From Anaerolineaceae bacterium (GTDB lineage Bacteria; Chloroflexota; Anaerolineae; Anaerolineales; UBA11657), in contig BGOS01000020.1 in the NCBI GenBank assembly GCA_003569365.1, forward strand, positions 4,050-68,049: DNA of 64,000 bases, given 5' to 3'. Below the pieces are notes generated by a model. The model was not told the origin of the DNA, made no database searches, and saw only the letters and a list, made by a program, of their open reading frames with translations. The position numbers and the translations under genes were made by a program. How positions within the stretch are numbered: position 1 is the stretch's first letter; each line of letters starts with the position of its first letter. This document shows, in pieces, positions 31,343 to 41,611 of this stretch.

Positions 31343-32779
31343 GTGAGCGCGCGCGCCAACTCCACACTCTTCGAGTGGCTCACAATCCTGTGCATGCTGG
31401 TTGCCATCGGCGCGCTGCTGCTGGAATTGGTGGGCTTTCAGGGTGCGCGCAGCGCGCTGGCGCCGGGCACCATCATGGCCGGGCTGCCCGTGGGCAACTT
31501 GGCGCCGGAGCAGGCAGCAGCGCTTTTGCGCACCGCCTATGGTGCGCCGGTGGAGCTGCACTACATTGACCAAACGCTGCTGTTAGACCCCGCCCAAATC
31601 AGCCTGCGCCTCGACACCGACTCGATGCTGGCACAGGCCGAAACGTACCGCACCGGCGCCAACTTCTGGTCTGCGTTTTGGGATGATCTTTGGCAGCGGC
31701 CGGTGAGCGGCTTCAATGTGCCGCTGGCACTGGACTACTCGCCGGCGCAGCTGCGCACAATGCTGCTGGACACAGCTGCGCGCTACGATCTGGCGCCCGC
31801 CGCCCCTGTCGCAGACATCGGCACCTTCAATATCAGCGAAGGGCGGCCCGGTTATGCGCTTGATGTTGAGTCTTCCATGACGGTGATTGACATGGCACTG
31901 CGCGTGCCGGATAACCGCCGTGCCGCGCTCACGATTGCGCCCGTATCACAGGCTGCGCCCACCATGCAAACGCTGGGCACGCTGGCCCAGGACTATGTGC
32001 GCCAAGCCGGCTTTGACGGCCTGCTCAGCCTGGTGGTGGTGGACTTAAAGACCGGCAACGAGTTGAGCCTGAATCCCGATGTAGCCTATGCCGGCATGAG
32101 TATCATGAAAGTGCCAATACTTATCGACACGTACCGGCGGCTGGACACTGACCCGGTGCTGGACGAAATAAACGTGATTGAGGGCACAATCGTCAAGTCA
32201 TCCAATGTGCATGCCAATATTTTGTTGATGGAGCTGGGCGAAGGCGAGATGCAGCGCGGTGCCGAAAATCTCACAAGCCACTTGCGCCAGCTGGGCTTGC
32301 AAAACACTTTTATGGCCGGCTACTTTGACCAGCGGGATCCGCCGCCAAAACTTAACACGCCCGCCAATCAGCGCACAGACTTCAATACCTATCCTGATCC
32401 ATACATGCAAACAACGCCGGCGGACATGGCGGTATTGATGACTGGCTTGTACCAGTGCGCCAGCAGCGGCGGCGGCCTTTTGCCGCTGGTGTTTCCCGGC
32501 CAGATTACGCAGGCGGAGTGCGCAGCGATTGTGGACCTGCTGAAGCGCAATGACATTGCCACGCTGATAGAAGCCGGCGTGCCGGAGGGCAGCGTGGTGG
32601 CGCACAAACACGGTTTTAGCGAGGGCGACACCATCGGCGATGCCGGCATTGTGTTCTCGCCCGCCGGCGATTATGTGCTGGTGGTTTACCTGTGGCGCGA
32701 GGGCTATCTGGAGTGGCAGCGCACAGCGCCGCTGGTGGCCAACATCTCACGCATGGTGTACACCTTCTTCAATCATTAA
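31343..32779 (+). CDS. Membrane-anchored serine hydrolase (class A beta-lactamase-like) with putative peptidoglycan-binding N-domain
   Basis: SxxK (SIMK), SxN (SSN) and HKHG motifs; N-terminal TM. GTG start at 31343 after a TGCTATACT -10. Confidence 0.85.
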   Translation: MSARANSTLFEWLTILCMLVAIGALLLELVGFQGARSALAPGTIMAGLPVGNLAPEQAAALLRTAYGAPVELHYIDQTLLLDPAQISLRLDTDSMLAQAETYRTGANFWSAFWDDLWQRPVSGFNVPLALDYSPAQLRTMLLDTAARYDLAPAAPVADIGTFNISEGRPGYALDVESSMTVIDMALRVPDNRRAALTIAPVSQAAPTMQTLGTLAQDYVRQAGFDGLLSLVVVDLKTGNELSLNPDVAYAGMSIMKVPILIDTYRRLDTDPVLDEINVIEGTIVKSSNVHANILLMELGEGEMQRGAENLTSHLRQLGLQNTFMAGYFDQRDPPPKLNTPANQRTDFNTYPDPYMQTTPADMAVLMTGLYQCASSGGGLLPLVFPGQITQAECAAIVDLLKRNDIATLIEAGVPEGSVVAHKHGFSEGDTIGDAGIVFSPAGDYVLVVYLWREGYLEWQRTAPLVANISRMVYTFFNH

Positions 32780-34131
32780 TTATCCAGCTTGGCGGCGGCG
32801 GGCAGGCTGCGTGGATCCTGCACCCACCAGTGCAGCGCCAGCAGCGCCAGCAGGTTGAAGGCCGCGCCAACCGCAAACACAACGCCGTAGCCCAGCGCGG
32901 CCAAGCCCGCACCCAGCAGCGGCGCCGCGGCTGCAGCCACGCCCACGGTTGTGTTCCACAAACCAATGTAAGTGCTGCGCTCTGCGGCATCGCCGAGCTC
33001 CAGCACCACCAAAGTTCCAGAAACCACCATTGCGCCAATGCCGTAACCCAGTAGCGCAAACGTAACGTAACTCCACATCAAGCCCGGCGCCCACACGGCA
33101 AGGCTGTAAGCCAGCACACCGGCGAGTGCTGCCGTTTCCAAGGAAAATTTATGGCCGTAATGGTCTGCCAGCCAGCCGGAAGCCAAATTGGAAACAGCAG
33201 TGCCCGCCAGCATCAGTGCAGTGTAAATGCCCGCCGTGCTGTCCGACACATTCAGGCGCTGCACCATTGCCACCAGCACAAAGCCCAGGCCCAAGTCGCC
33301 AAATGCCAGCAGCATGCGCGCCAGCAGGAAGCGCCGAAAGTTGTGCTCCGTGCGCAGAATGCGCGGCAGCGCCGCCCAGAACTCAGAGTGCGTGCGGCGC
33401 ACCGGCGCAGCTGCCGGCAGCGGCTCGCGCGTTAGCGCCAGTATAAAAATACAAAAAGCATTGCAGCCGGCAGCGATGCAAAAAATGTAAAAGAAGTTGA
33501 GGGGAAAGGCAAAGCGCACCAGAATCCAAGTGCACAGCCCGGCGCCCAGCAAACCGGTGCCGGTGCCCGCAAAAGACGTGAAGCCCAAAAAGAAGCCGCG
33601 CCGGTCCACTGGAAAGCAGCGCTCCACCAGTTCCTGCCAGGCGGGGGCAATCACGCCCGCACCCACATGATGCCAGGCCAGCGCCAGCATGAAAAGAACA
33701 AGCGCCAAGCGCGGTGCGCGCAGCGCAAGAAGTGGCGCCGCCGCCATCAACACCAGCGGCAGGCGCTCGGAAAACAAGCCCAACCACACCACCAGCGGCT
33801 TCTTGTGCGGCAGGCGCTGCGTTAAGTTTGCCATGAAGAGCTGCGGCAGGAACCACGCGCTTTGCGTAATGACGGCTGCCAGCCCCAAAACCAGCGGCGC
33901 AGTAGTGAGCTTGCTGATGAAGAGCGGCACCAGAGTGCTGGCGCTCATAAAGCTGCGCCCCAGGAAGAACAGCGCGCCATCGGCTGCGTTCACAGTGAAG
34001 TTCCATTTATAGTTGCGCTCAACTTCGGCTGCCACTTCGTGCGCCGGGCGCACCGGCACCACCGCATCCACTTGCAGCAAGTGGCGCAGCAGCGGGTTGG
34101 CGCGCATTTGGGACCAGGCGCTGCGCAGCAT
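32776..34131 (-). CDS. MFS transporter
   Basis: About 12 hydrophobic helices; GWLADHYGHK motif A. Start directly after the EamA stop. Confidence 0.88.
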   Translation of the reverse strand: MLRSAWSQMRANPLLRHLLQVDAVVPVRPAHEVAAEVERNYKWNFTVNAADGALFFLGRSFMSASTLVPLFISKLTTAPLVLGLAAVITQSAWFLPQLFMANLTQRLPHKKPLVVWLGLFSERLPLVLMAAAPLLALRAPRLALVLFMLALAWHHVGAGVIAPAWQELVERCFPVDRRGFFLGFTSFAGTGTGLLGAGLCTWILVRFAFPLNFFYIFCIAAGCNAFCIFILALTREPLPAAAPVRRTHSEFWAALPRILRTEHNFRRFLLARMLLAFGDLGLGFVLVAMVQRLNVSDSTAGIYTALMLAGTAVSNLASGWLADHYGHKFSLETAALAGVLAYSLAVWAPGLMWSYVTFALLGYGIGAMVVSGTLVVLELGDAAERSTYIGLWNTTVGVAAAAAPLLGAGLAALGYGVVFAVGAAFNLLALLALHWWVQDPRSLPAAAKLDN

Positions 34132-34132
34132 C

Positions 34133-35011
34133 TTACGCAGCCGCCACTGCGCCATTGCGCGCACTAAGATGCACCAGCAGCACACCAGACACAATCAGTG
34201 CGCCGCCCGCCACCTGCCACACAGTAAAGCGCTCATCCAGCAGCCATGCAGCCTGCAACGCACTCAAGATGGGTTGTACCAGCAGCGTGGTGGCTACCAG
34301 TGTGGCCGGCAGGCGCCCCTGCGCAGCGTTAATTAACAAGTAGCCGCCCACTTGCACCACAACGCCCATCAACAAAAAATAATAATACGTAGCGGGTGAG
34401 TACCCCGCTAGCGGCAAGCCAAAGCCCAGATTTACAAACAGCAAAACGATGGTGCTGGCAGAAACAGAAAGCCAGAAGAATGAGAGGGTGTCCTGCTTTT
34501 GGCGCCCCTTTTGCGTGATGAGTTGATAGCCGGCGTAGAACAAGCCGGCTCCCAACCCCAGCACGGCGCCCCAGTTCAGGCGGGCGTTGAGCAGCACATC
34601 CGGCCCCAAAATGGAAAGCGTGCCGGCAAAGGCCAGCACCAAACCCGCCCAAAACAGCGCTGGTGGCTGCTCCCGAAAAAATACCACCGCGCCCAGGCCC
34701 ACCCAAATGGGCGCGGTGTTGGCCAGTAGTGTGGGGCTGGCCACACCCGCCAGCATCACACCCGTGGACCACAGCGCCATGTCGCCGGCAAAAAACACGC
34801 CGGCCAGCGCTGCCACCGCCAGCTGGCGGCGCGTGGGCCAGCCCAGCGCGCGCACGCGCAGCCCGAACGGGCCGGCCATCAGCAGCATGCCAATCAGCAA
34901 GCGGTAAAAGCTGCTTACCGGACCGGGCGCCGCAGCCAAAACCATCAGCACTGCGGACCAGCTCATTAAGAACAGCCCGACACCCAGCATCAGATACGCA
35001 GTTAGTTTCAT
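34133..35011 (-). CDS. DMT/EamA family transporter
   Basis: Ten TM helices in two EamA repeats (LANTAPIWV, LVQPILSAL). Confidence 0.9.
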   Translation of the reverse strand: MKLTAYLMLGVGLFLMSWSAVLMVLAAAPGPVSSFYRLLIGMLLMAGPFGLRVRALGWPTRRQLAVAALAGVFFAGDMALWSTGVMLAGVASPTLLANTAPIWVGLGAVVFFREQPPALFWAGLVLAFAGTLSILGPDVLLNARLNWGAVLGLGAGLFYAGYQLITQKGRQKQDTLSFFWLSVSASTIVLLFVNLGFGLPLAGYSPATYYYFLLMGVVVQVGGYLLINAAQGRLPATLVATTLLVQPILSALQAAWLLDERFTVWQVAGGALIVSGVLLVHLSARNGAVAAA

Positions 35012-35154
35012 GTGAGCGAAGGAAGGCAGCGCAATGGGCTGCCAAGTGAAGCAGCGCCAGCAATTTTTATGCGCGGCAGTTTGAATGCCGCCTGTGCTGC
35101 CAGATTATAACGGCTGGACTTTGACCAGCGCTTCACCTATGCGCGCGGGCGCTG

Positions 35155-36237
35155 TTATTTGCGCTGCGTTTTGCGGCGCTGCTCGCGCGCCAACAGTGCT
35201 TGCTTGCGCGCCACGCCCCAACGGTAGCCGGCAAGCGCACCGCCGGCCCGCACCACGCGATGGCACGGCACCAGCAGCGCCACCGGGTTTGCAGCGCACG
35301 CCTGTGCCACGGCGCGCACTGCGCGCGGCCGCCCGATGCCCACTGCCACCTGCTGGTAAGTGCGCGTCTCGCCGCTGGGAATGGTTTGCAGTGCCCGCCA
35401 CACTTGCGCCTGAAACACGCTGGCGCGCACATCCAGCGGCAGCGCAGCCACCGGGCCGCGCCCCGTCAGGTCCCGCAAGATGGCAGCCACCCAGTGCCGC
35501 AAGCGCACATCACCGGGCAGCAAGTGCGCTTGCGGAAATTCCGCCCGCATGCGGCGCAACAGAGCGCTGCGGCTGGCGCCCAACTCCACCGCGCACACAC
35601 CGCGCTCCGTGGCAGCCACCAGCACATATCCCAGATAGCAGCGCGCCACATGCTGCCAGATGCGTTGGCCAGCTGCACCGCGCGCGTAGCTGCGCGGCGT
35701 AAGCCCGAAGCTTGCAGAGTACAGCCGGCTGCTGGAGCTGAACCCCGCAGCGTGCATGGCGGTTGTGATCCGCGCGCCGCCGCGCACTGCTCCCTTGAAC
35801 TGGTTGAGGCGCGCAGCCGCCTGGTATTGCTGCGGTGTAAGGCCGGCCACCTGCCGGAACATTTTTGCAAGCTGGCGCGCCGGTAGATTAAAAACCAATG
35901 CAAGGTAACCCAGTGTCAGGCGCTCCATAATGTGGGCGTCAATATACTGGCACATCTCCAGCACGCGCTCGGCAGCCACTGCATCCTCACCGGAACGCTG
36001 CGGATGGCAGCGCAGGCAGGCGCGGTAACCCGCGCGCTCGGCACTGGCCGGCAGTGCAAAAAACTGCGCCTGCTTGCGCTGCGGTTTGCGCGCCGCACAA
36101 GACGGCCGGCAGTAGATGCCGGTGGAGCGCACGCCATAAACAAACACGCCGTCGAACCAGCGATTGCGGCGCAGCACCGCCTGCCAGCAGCGCGCCGCGC
36201 TCAGCGCCGGCGCGGAGTTTCCGGTTGCGGTCTTCAT
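35155..36237 (-). CDS. ada: Bifunctional Ada regulator / O6-methylguanine-DNA methyltransferase
   Basis: STGIYCRPSC...YRACLRCHP Zn domain, AraC-like HTH, and PCHRV active site. Confidence 0.93.
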   Translation of the reverse strand: MKTATGNSAPALSAARCWQAVLRRNRWFDGVFVYGVRSTGIYCRPSCAARKPQRKQAQFFALPASAERAGYRACLRCHPQRSGEDAVAAERVLEMCQYIDAHIMERLTLGYLALVFNLPARQLAKMFRQVAGLTPQQYQAAARLNQFKGAVRGGARITTAMHAAGFSSSSRLYSASFGLTPRSYARGAAGQRIWQHVARCYLGYVLVAATERGVCAVELGASRSALLRRMRAEFPQAHLLPGDVRLRHWVAAILRDLTGRGPVAALPLDVRASVFQAQVWRALQTIPSGETRTYQQVAVGIGRPRAVRAVAQACAANPVALLVPCHRVVRAGGALAGYRWGVARKQALLAREQRRKTQRK

Positions 36238-36378
36238 CCAACGCGATGGTAACCGTGAACGCCGCGCGCGTCTATCCGTTTTGAACGCGCAAACTTTTGC
36301 GCCTGCGCTGCGGCGCACGCGTATAATCATTGTTGCCGGTTGCGCCTCAAGTTTGCGCGCCACCGCATCATTTTCTCC

Positions 36379-37917
36379 ATGAATCTAAGCCTTTACGGCC
36401 CGCCCGGCTCCGGCAAAACCACCGTGGGCAAGCTGTGTGCGCGGCTGATGCAGTGTGATTTTGTGGACGTGGATGCGCACATAGAGTCCGCGACGGGCAG
36501 CACGGTTGCGGAATTGTTTGCCAGCGAGGGTGAGCTGCGCTTCCGCGCCCGCGAGCGCGCTGCCATCTTGCAGCTGGCCCAACGCGACAATCTGGTGATT
36601 GCCACCGGTGGCGGCGCACTGCTGGACGCCAACAACCGCACCGCGCTGGAGGCCAGTGGCCCGGTGGTGTGCTTGCGCGCCAGCGCTGCCACCATCCGCG
36701 CGCGCCTCTCCGGCGATCGCACGCGCCCGCTGCTGCAGCCCGCCGCAGATGGCGAGTTGCAGCTGGAGCAGCTGCTTGCACAGCGCCAGCAGCTCTACGA
36801 TTCTTTTGCCCTGCAGCTGCCCACAGACGGGCTTGCACCGCAAGTGGTGGCGCAACGCATCCTGGCGGAAGCGCTTGCGTGGCAGCCGCCGCGCCAGAAT
36901 GAAAGCAGCCCGGCGCTGCTGCTGGGCAGCGGTGCGCTGCAATATCTGCCGCGCGTGCTGCAGCAAGCGGGCCTGCCGCTGCCCGCGCTTATCGTCACTG
37001 ACACAAACGTCGCGCCGCTGTGGGGCACGGCGCTGGGCAGCCGGCTTGGCGTGCCCGTTTGCAGTGTGCCCGCTGGTGAAGCACACAAAACACTCGCAAC
37101 CATGCGCCTGCTATACGACGCATTTTTGGATCACGGCCTCGAGCGCGGCAGCGTTGTGCTGGCATTGGGCGGCGGTGTGCTGGGGGACATGGCGGGCTTT
37201 GCGGCTGCAACCTATATGCGCGGTGTGCGCTGGATCAACGCGCCCACCACACTGCTGGCAATGGTGGATGCCAGCCTCGGCGGCAAAGTGGGGGTGGATC
37301 TGCCGCAGGGAAAAAATCTGGTGGGTGCATTTCATCCGCCGGCACTGGTGGTCAGCGACCCGTGTGTGCTGGCCACTTTGCCGCCCGCCCAGCATGCTGC
37401 CGGCTTGGCAGAGGCGCTCAAGCACGGCTTGATTGCTGATGCGGCATTGTTTGCCGAGCTGCCGGCAGCAGCCCCGCTGCCACGCGCACTGCTGCAGCGC
37501 GCCATCCAGGTCAAACTGGATATTGTTGCGCGCGACCCGCTTGAGCACGGCGAGCGTGCAAAATTAAATGTAGGCCACACCATCGGGCATGGGATTGAGG
37601 CAGCTTGCGGCTACACACTGCCGCACGGCTTTGCGATTGGAATTGGCCTGCTGGCGGAAGCGCAGCTGGCTGTGCGCCTGCAGCTGGCGGATGCCGCCTT
37701 GCCCGCCACCATTCGCGCGCGCCTGCTGCAGCTGGGCCTGCCCGTGGCGCAGCGTGGCTTGCACGCACAGCAGGTGCGCGCCGCAATGCAGCGCGACAAG
37801 AAAAAGCAAGCCGGCCAGTTGGCCTTTGCACTGCCGCGCGCGCCGGGCTTGGTAGAATACGGCGTGCATGCAAACGATGCCGACATCATGGCGGCCATCG
37901 AAAGCGTGTGCACCTGA
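36379..37917 (+). CDS. aroB: Fused shikimate kinase / 3-dehydroquinate synthase (AroK-AroB)
   Basis: N-terminal GPPGSGKTT, EGELRFR, ATGGG; C-terminal GEAHK, GGGVLGD, PTTLLAMVDASLGGK, LNVGHTIGH. Confidence 0.92.
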   Translation: MNLSLYGPPGSGKTTVGKLCARLMQCDFVDVDAHIESATGSTVAELFASEGELRFRARERAAILQLAQRDNLVIATGGGALLDANNRTALEASGPVVCLRASAATIRARLSGDRTRPLLQPAADGELQLEQLLAQRQQLYDSFALQLPTDGLAPQVVAQRILAEALAWQPPRQNESSPALLLGSGALQYLPRVLQQAGLPLPALIVTDTNVAPLWGTALGSRLGVPVCSVPAGEAHKTLATMRLLYDAFLDHGLERGSVVLALGGGVLGDMAGFAAATYMRGVRWINAPTTLLAMVDASLGGKVGVDLPQGKNLVGAFHPPALVVSDPCVLATLPPAQHAAGLAEALKHGLIADAALFAELPAAAPLPRALLQRAIQVKLDIVARDPLEHGERAKLNVGHTIGHGIEAACGYTLPHGFAIGIGLLAEAQLAVRLQLADAALPATIRARLLQLGLPVAQRGLHAQQVRAAMQRDKKKQAGQLAFALPRAPGLVEYGVHANDADIMAAIESVCT

Positions 37918-37929
37918 AGCACTGCACTG

Positions 37930-38376
37930 ATGCTCAACATTCTTTTACTCCACGGCCCCAACTTGAACCTGCTTGGCACACGCGAGCCGGCTGTGTACGG
38001 GCGCGACACCCTCGCCGACATAAATGGGCGCCTGGCCGAGCTGGCGGCAACGCTGGGCGCCAGCACCCGCGCGCTGCAATCCAACCACGAGGGCGCCCTG
38101 GTTGACGCATTACATGAAGCCCGCGCCTGGGCGCAAGGCGTAGTGTTCAACCCCGGCGCCTACAGCCACACTTCCATCGCGTTGCGCGACGCCATCAGCG
38201 CCGTGGCCCTGCCCGTTGTGGAAGTGCACCTCTCCAATATTCATGCGCGCGAGGAATTCCGGCAGCGCTCGCTGCTGGCGCCCGTGTGCGTGGGCGCAAT
38301 TGCCGGCTTTGGCTGGAACTCTTATGCGCTTGGCTTGCGCGCGCTGCTGCAGCATTTAGGCAGCAGCCCGCAATAA
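37930..38376 (+). CDS. aroQ: Type II 3-dehydroquinate dehydratase
   Basis: [32 protein letters not shown]. Confidence 0.96.
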   Translation: MLNILLLHGPNLNLLGTREPAVYGRDTLADINGRLAELAATLGASTRALQSNHEGALVDALHEARAWAQGVVFNPGAYSHTSIALRDAISAVALPVVEVHLSNIHAREEFRQRSLLAPVCVGAIAGFGWNSYALGLRALLQHLGSSPQ

Positions 38377-38388
38377 CGGGCGACGCAC

Positions 38389-39480
38389 ATGGCAGACCCC
38401 AAGCCCATCAACTTTACGCGCGGCGTGCCGGCCACCGAATCATTTCCGGCCGCGCAGCTGGCCATTGCCGCCGAAAATGCGCTGCGCAATCACAGCGCCA
38501 CCATCCTGCAGTACGGGCCGGCCAGTGGCTTCTTGCCAATGCGGGAATGGCTGGCGGCGCGCTACGGCGTGGCGGTGGAAAGCGTGCTGTGCAGCAACGG
38601 CTCGCTGCAAATTGTGGAGTTTCTGGGTGCGGCGCTTTTAGCGCCCGGCGATGCCGTTTTTGTGGAAGAGCCCACGTACGACCGCACACTCACTACGCTG
38701 CGCAAAGCGGGCGCGCGTGTGGTGGGAATTCCACTGGAGGCCGATGGGCCGGACATTGACGCGCTCGAGCAGGCGCTGCGCATTCACCACCCGCGCTTTT
38801 TTTACGTAATCCCGGACTTTCAAAATCCGTCTGGTGCCACCTGTTCGCGCGCAAAACGCGAGCGCCTGGTGGAGCTCGCGCGCTCGCACAACTTCTTTTT
38901 GCTCGAGGACTGCCCCTACCGGTCGCTGCGCTACAGCGGCCAGGCAGAGCCCGCTCTGATTGAATTGGCGCCGGATGTAGTGCTGTTGATGTCATCTTAC
39001 AGCAAGCTCATCGGCCCGGGGCCGCGCTTTGGCTTTGCCATCGGCGATGCCGGCCTGCTGCAACGCATTGCGAAGGTTGCGGAAGACACCTACATTTCGC
39101 CCGGTTTGCTGGCGCACGGAATTGTGTACGAGTATTGTGCGGCTGGATATTTAGAGCCGCAAGTGGAGCGCCTGCTGGCGCTGTACGCGCCGCGCCTGGC
39201 AGCCACTTTGGCCGCGCTCGACAAGCATTTGCCTGAAACGGCGCCTACGCGCCCGCAAGGCGGCTTCTTTCTTTCGCTCACTTTGCCGGAAGGTGTGAAT
39301 ACCAGTGACGTGCGCACGGCTGCCGCGCTGGTAGGCTTGAATTTAGCTGATGGCCGGGGATTCTTCAGCAATGGCGGTGGTGAGCGCTTTCTGCGCCTGC
39401 CATACTGTGCCCTTTCTCCCGTAGATTTGGAAGAGGGCATAAAACGCCTGGCTGGCGTTGTGCACGCTTTGCAGGCGTAA
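38389..39480 (+). CDS. PLP-dependent aminotransferase class I/II
   Basis: LQYG, FQNPSG, EDCPY, SYSK (PLP lysine), GGFF. Confidence 0.9.
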   Translation: MADPKPINFTRGVPATESFPAAQLAIAAENALRNHSATILQYGPASGFLPMREWLAARYGVAVESVLCSNGSLQIVEFLGAALLAPGDAVFVEEPTYDRTLTTLRKAGARVVGIPLEADGPDIDALEQALRIHHPRFFYVIPDFQNPSGATCSRAKRERLVELARSHNFFLLEDCPYRSLRYSGQAEPALIELAPDVVLLMSSYSKLIGPGPRFGFAIGDAGLLQRIAKVAEDTYISPGLLAHGIVYEYCAAGYLEPQVERLLALYAPRLAATLAALDKHLPETAPTRPQGGFFLSLTLPEGVNTSDVRTAAALVGLNLADGRGFFSNGGGERFLRLPYCALSPVDLEEGIKRLAGVVHALQA

Positions 39481-39532
39481 TTAGGCGCTGAAATTCGCGC
39501 GGTGTTTTTTGCCGCCGGCGTTGCACAGCCAG

Positions 39533-39557
39533 GCTTAAGTTTTTCAAAAACTTAAGC
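39533..39557. promoter_or_regulatory. Perfect 25-bp AT-rich palindrome upstream of the dnaA promoter
   Basis: GCTTAAGTTTTT-C-AAAAACTTAAGC. Confidence 0.55.
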
Positions 39558-39575
39558 TTTGCGCCAAGATTGCCA

Positions 39576-39605
39576 TTGACTCGCGCTCTGCCAGCTTGTT
39601 ATAAT
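39576..39605 (+). promoter_or_regulatory. Sigma70-type promoter of dnaA
   Basis: TTGACT-18 nt-TATAAT with extended TGn. Confidence 0.7.
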
Positions 39606-39837
39606 TCGCGCCCACTGGCAGGGTGGAGTTGGATGCGTGCGCCAAACAGGGTGCGGCTCGCGCGGGGCAGAACCCAACGCCGGTGCGCAGGTTCTGAGTT
39701 CTTTGAACAATTGAATAATAGTTTTGCGGCGCCAGGTTGTGCAAGCAGCCGGCGCCTTGTATGTTTATTGAGGACTAATCGTTGGCATTATTAATTTGCG
39801 GGCCCCGGCGGCTGTGCGCTGCGCCGGGCAGTTGTAA

Positions 39838-41172
39838 ATGAAGCCGGAGCAAATCTGGCAGGCAGCGCTGGGTGAACTGCAACTGCAGATGACCCCGGCC
39901 ACATTTGACACGTGGCTGCGCGGCTCGCGTGTGCTGGCACACGAGGAAGGCTTGTTTGTGGTTGGTGTGGCTTCCGGCTACGCCAAAGACTGGCTGGAGC
40001 GGCGCCTGCACGCCACAATCGCGCGCACCCTCTCGGGCATTGTCGGCCGCACGGTTGAGGTGCGCTTCTCCGTGTCCGGCAACGACGCACCCGCAGCTGA
40101 GCCATTGGTGGGCGCCAAAGTGCTTTTGCCCGCTGCAGAAATTGAAGTGCCAGAAACTCCCAGCCTCAACCCGCGCTACATTTTTGAGAACTTTGTGGTT
40201 GGTGCGCACAACCGCATGGCGCACGCTGCGGCGCGCGCCGTCAGCGAATCACCGGCCGGCGCATACAACCCGCTGTTTTTGCACGGCGGCGTGGGCCTCG
40301 GCAAAACCCACCTGCTGCAGGCGATTGGCAACGCAAGTGCCCGCCAGGGCTTGCGCGTACTTTATGTAGCGGCCGAAGAATTCACCAACGATCTGATCAA
40401 CGCCATCCGCACGCACACCACCGGCGCCTTTCGCGAAAAATACCGCACAATCGATGTGCTGCTGGTGGATGATGTGCAGTTCATTGCCGGCAAAGACGCC
40501 ACCCAGGAAGAGCTGTTTCACACCTTCAACACATTGCATGGGCAGAACAAACAGCTGGTGCTTTCGTCGGACCGCTCGCCAAAGGCCATGATGACGCTGG
40601 CCGAGCGCCTGCGCTCGCGGTTTGAGTGGGGCCTTTTGGTGGATATTCAAACACCGGACGCAGAAACGCGCAACGCCATCCTGCGCAACAAAGCTGAAGC
40701 CCTGGGACAGAGCGTGCCCGCGGCAGTGCTAGCGCTGATTGCACAGCGCGTGCAAAGCAATGTGCGCGAACTCGAGGGCGCCCTCAACCAGGTTCTGGCG
40801 CAGTCTGCACTGCTTGGCCTGCCGCTGGATGAGGCGCTTGCCAACCGCGTGCTTGCCAATTTGCGCCCGCAACAGCGCACTGTTTCCACTACGAGTGTCG
40901 TGGCAGCTGTCGCCGCTTTTTATGACCTGACCGTGGCGGACCTGTGTGGGCGCGACCGCTCGCAGCAAATTGCCCTGCCGCGCCAGATGGCGATGTTTAT
41001 CATGCGCGAAGAAACCGCGGCCTCGCTGCCACAGATTGGCGATGCACTGGGCGGCCGCGACCACACCACCATCAAGTATGGCTACGAAAAGCTGCGCGGC
41101 TTGGTGGACACGGACGACAAGCTACGGCGGGAGGCAGCGCTCATCCGCGAGGCGCTTTACAGCGCAAAATAA
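39838..41172 (+). CDS. dnaA: Chromosomal replication initiator DnaA
   Basis: YNPLFLHGGVGLGKTHLL, DDVQF, QEELFHTFN, RLRSRFEWGL, NVRELEGAL, GGRDHTT. Confidence 0.98.
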   Translation: MKPEQIWQAALGELQLQMTPATFDTWLRGSRVLAHEEGLFVVGVASGYAKDWLERRLHATIARTLSGIVGRTVEVRFSVSGNDAPAAEPLVGAKVLLPAAEIEVPETPSLNPRYIFENFVVGAHNRMAHAAARAVSESPAGAYNPLFLHGGVGLGKTHLLQAIGNASARQGLRVLYVAAEEFTNDLINAIRTHTTGAFREKYRTIDVLLVDDVQFIAGKDATQEELFHTFNTLHGQNKQLVLSSDRSPKAMMTLAERLRSRFEWGLLVDIQTPDAETRNAILRNKAEALGQSVPAAVLALIAQRVQSNVRELEGALNQVLAQSALLGLPLDEALANRVLANLRPQQRTVSTTSVVAAVAAFYDLTVADLCGRDRSQQIALPRQMAMFIMREETAASLPQIGDALGGRDHTTIKYGYEKLRGLVDTDDKLRREAALIREALYSAK

Positions 41173-41600
41173 CGAACCCCAGCAACCGATAACAACCAAA
41201 ACCCGCAAGTGACGGTTTTTTGTCGCGCGCGCGGCGCCCTGTGGATAACCAGCGCTTTTCTGTGGATAACTTGGGTTTGAGGGGGATAATCTTTTAAGCC
41301 TTGCCGCCCAAGGGGCAAAAACCGCGCCAAAAAGCCGAAAACAGCCCGCGCCACCGGAGCTGCCGGCCCCTGGCTGGATGCAAAAGAATCCGGCCAACCA
41401 CATCTAGTTTTTATCCCCTGCTTATCCTTATACTGTAGGCGGTGGCTGATTGAAGAAAAAGAATTGTTGCCAAAACCGCTGGTTTTAATTTGAAAAACTT
41501 TCGTGCCGAAGGTTACTAGAGTTTTCCACAGTACTACGGCTACTACGATTCATTAAGAGAGATAAGAGGAATACATAATTAGCGTCCCGCTAAACTGCGG
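41173..41600. other. Chromosomal replication origin (oriC)
   Basis: Perfect DnaA boxes TGTGGATAA at 41240 and 41261; degenerate boxes at 41281, 41411 and 41422; TTTTCCACA at 41522 followed by GTA CTA CGG CTA CTA CGA (DnaA-trio-like) and an AT-rich tract; directly downstream of dnaA. Confidence 0.88.
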
Positions 41601-41611
41601 GGGGAACAGAG

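Noticed and set aside
31343-32779. Beta-lactam resistance gene
   Set aside because: Membrane anchor, extra N-terminal domain and HKHG motif fit a cell-wall serine hydrolase; resistance is not supported.
36379-37917. AroK-AroB fusion as a novelty
   Set aside because: This fusion is known in several bacterial lineages.
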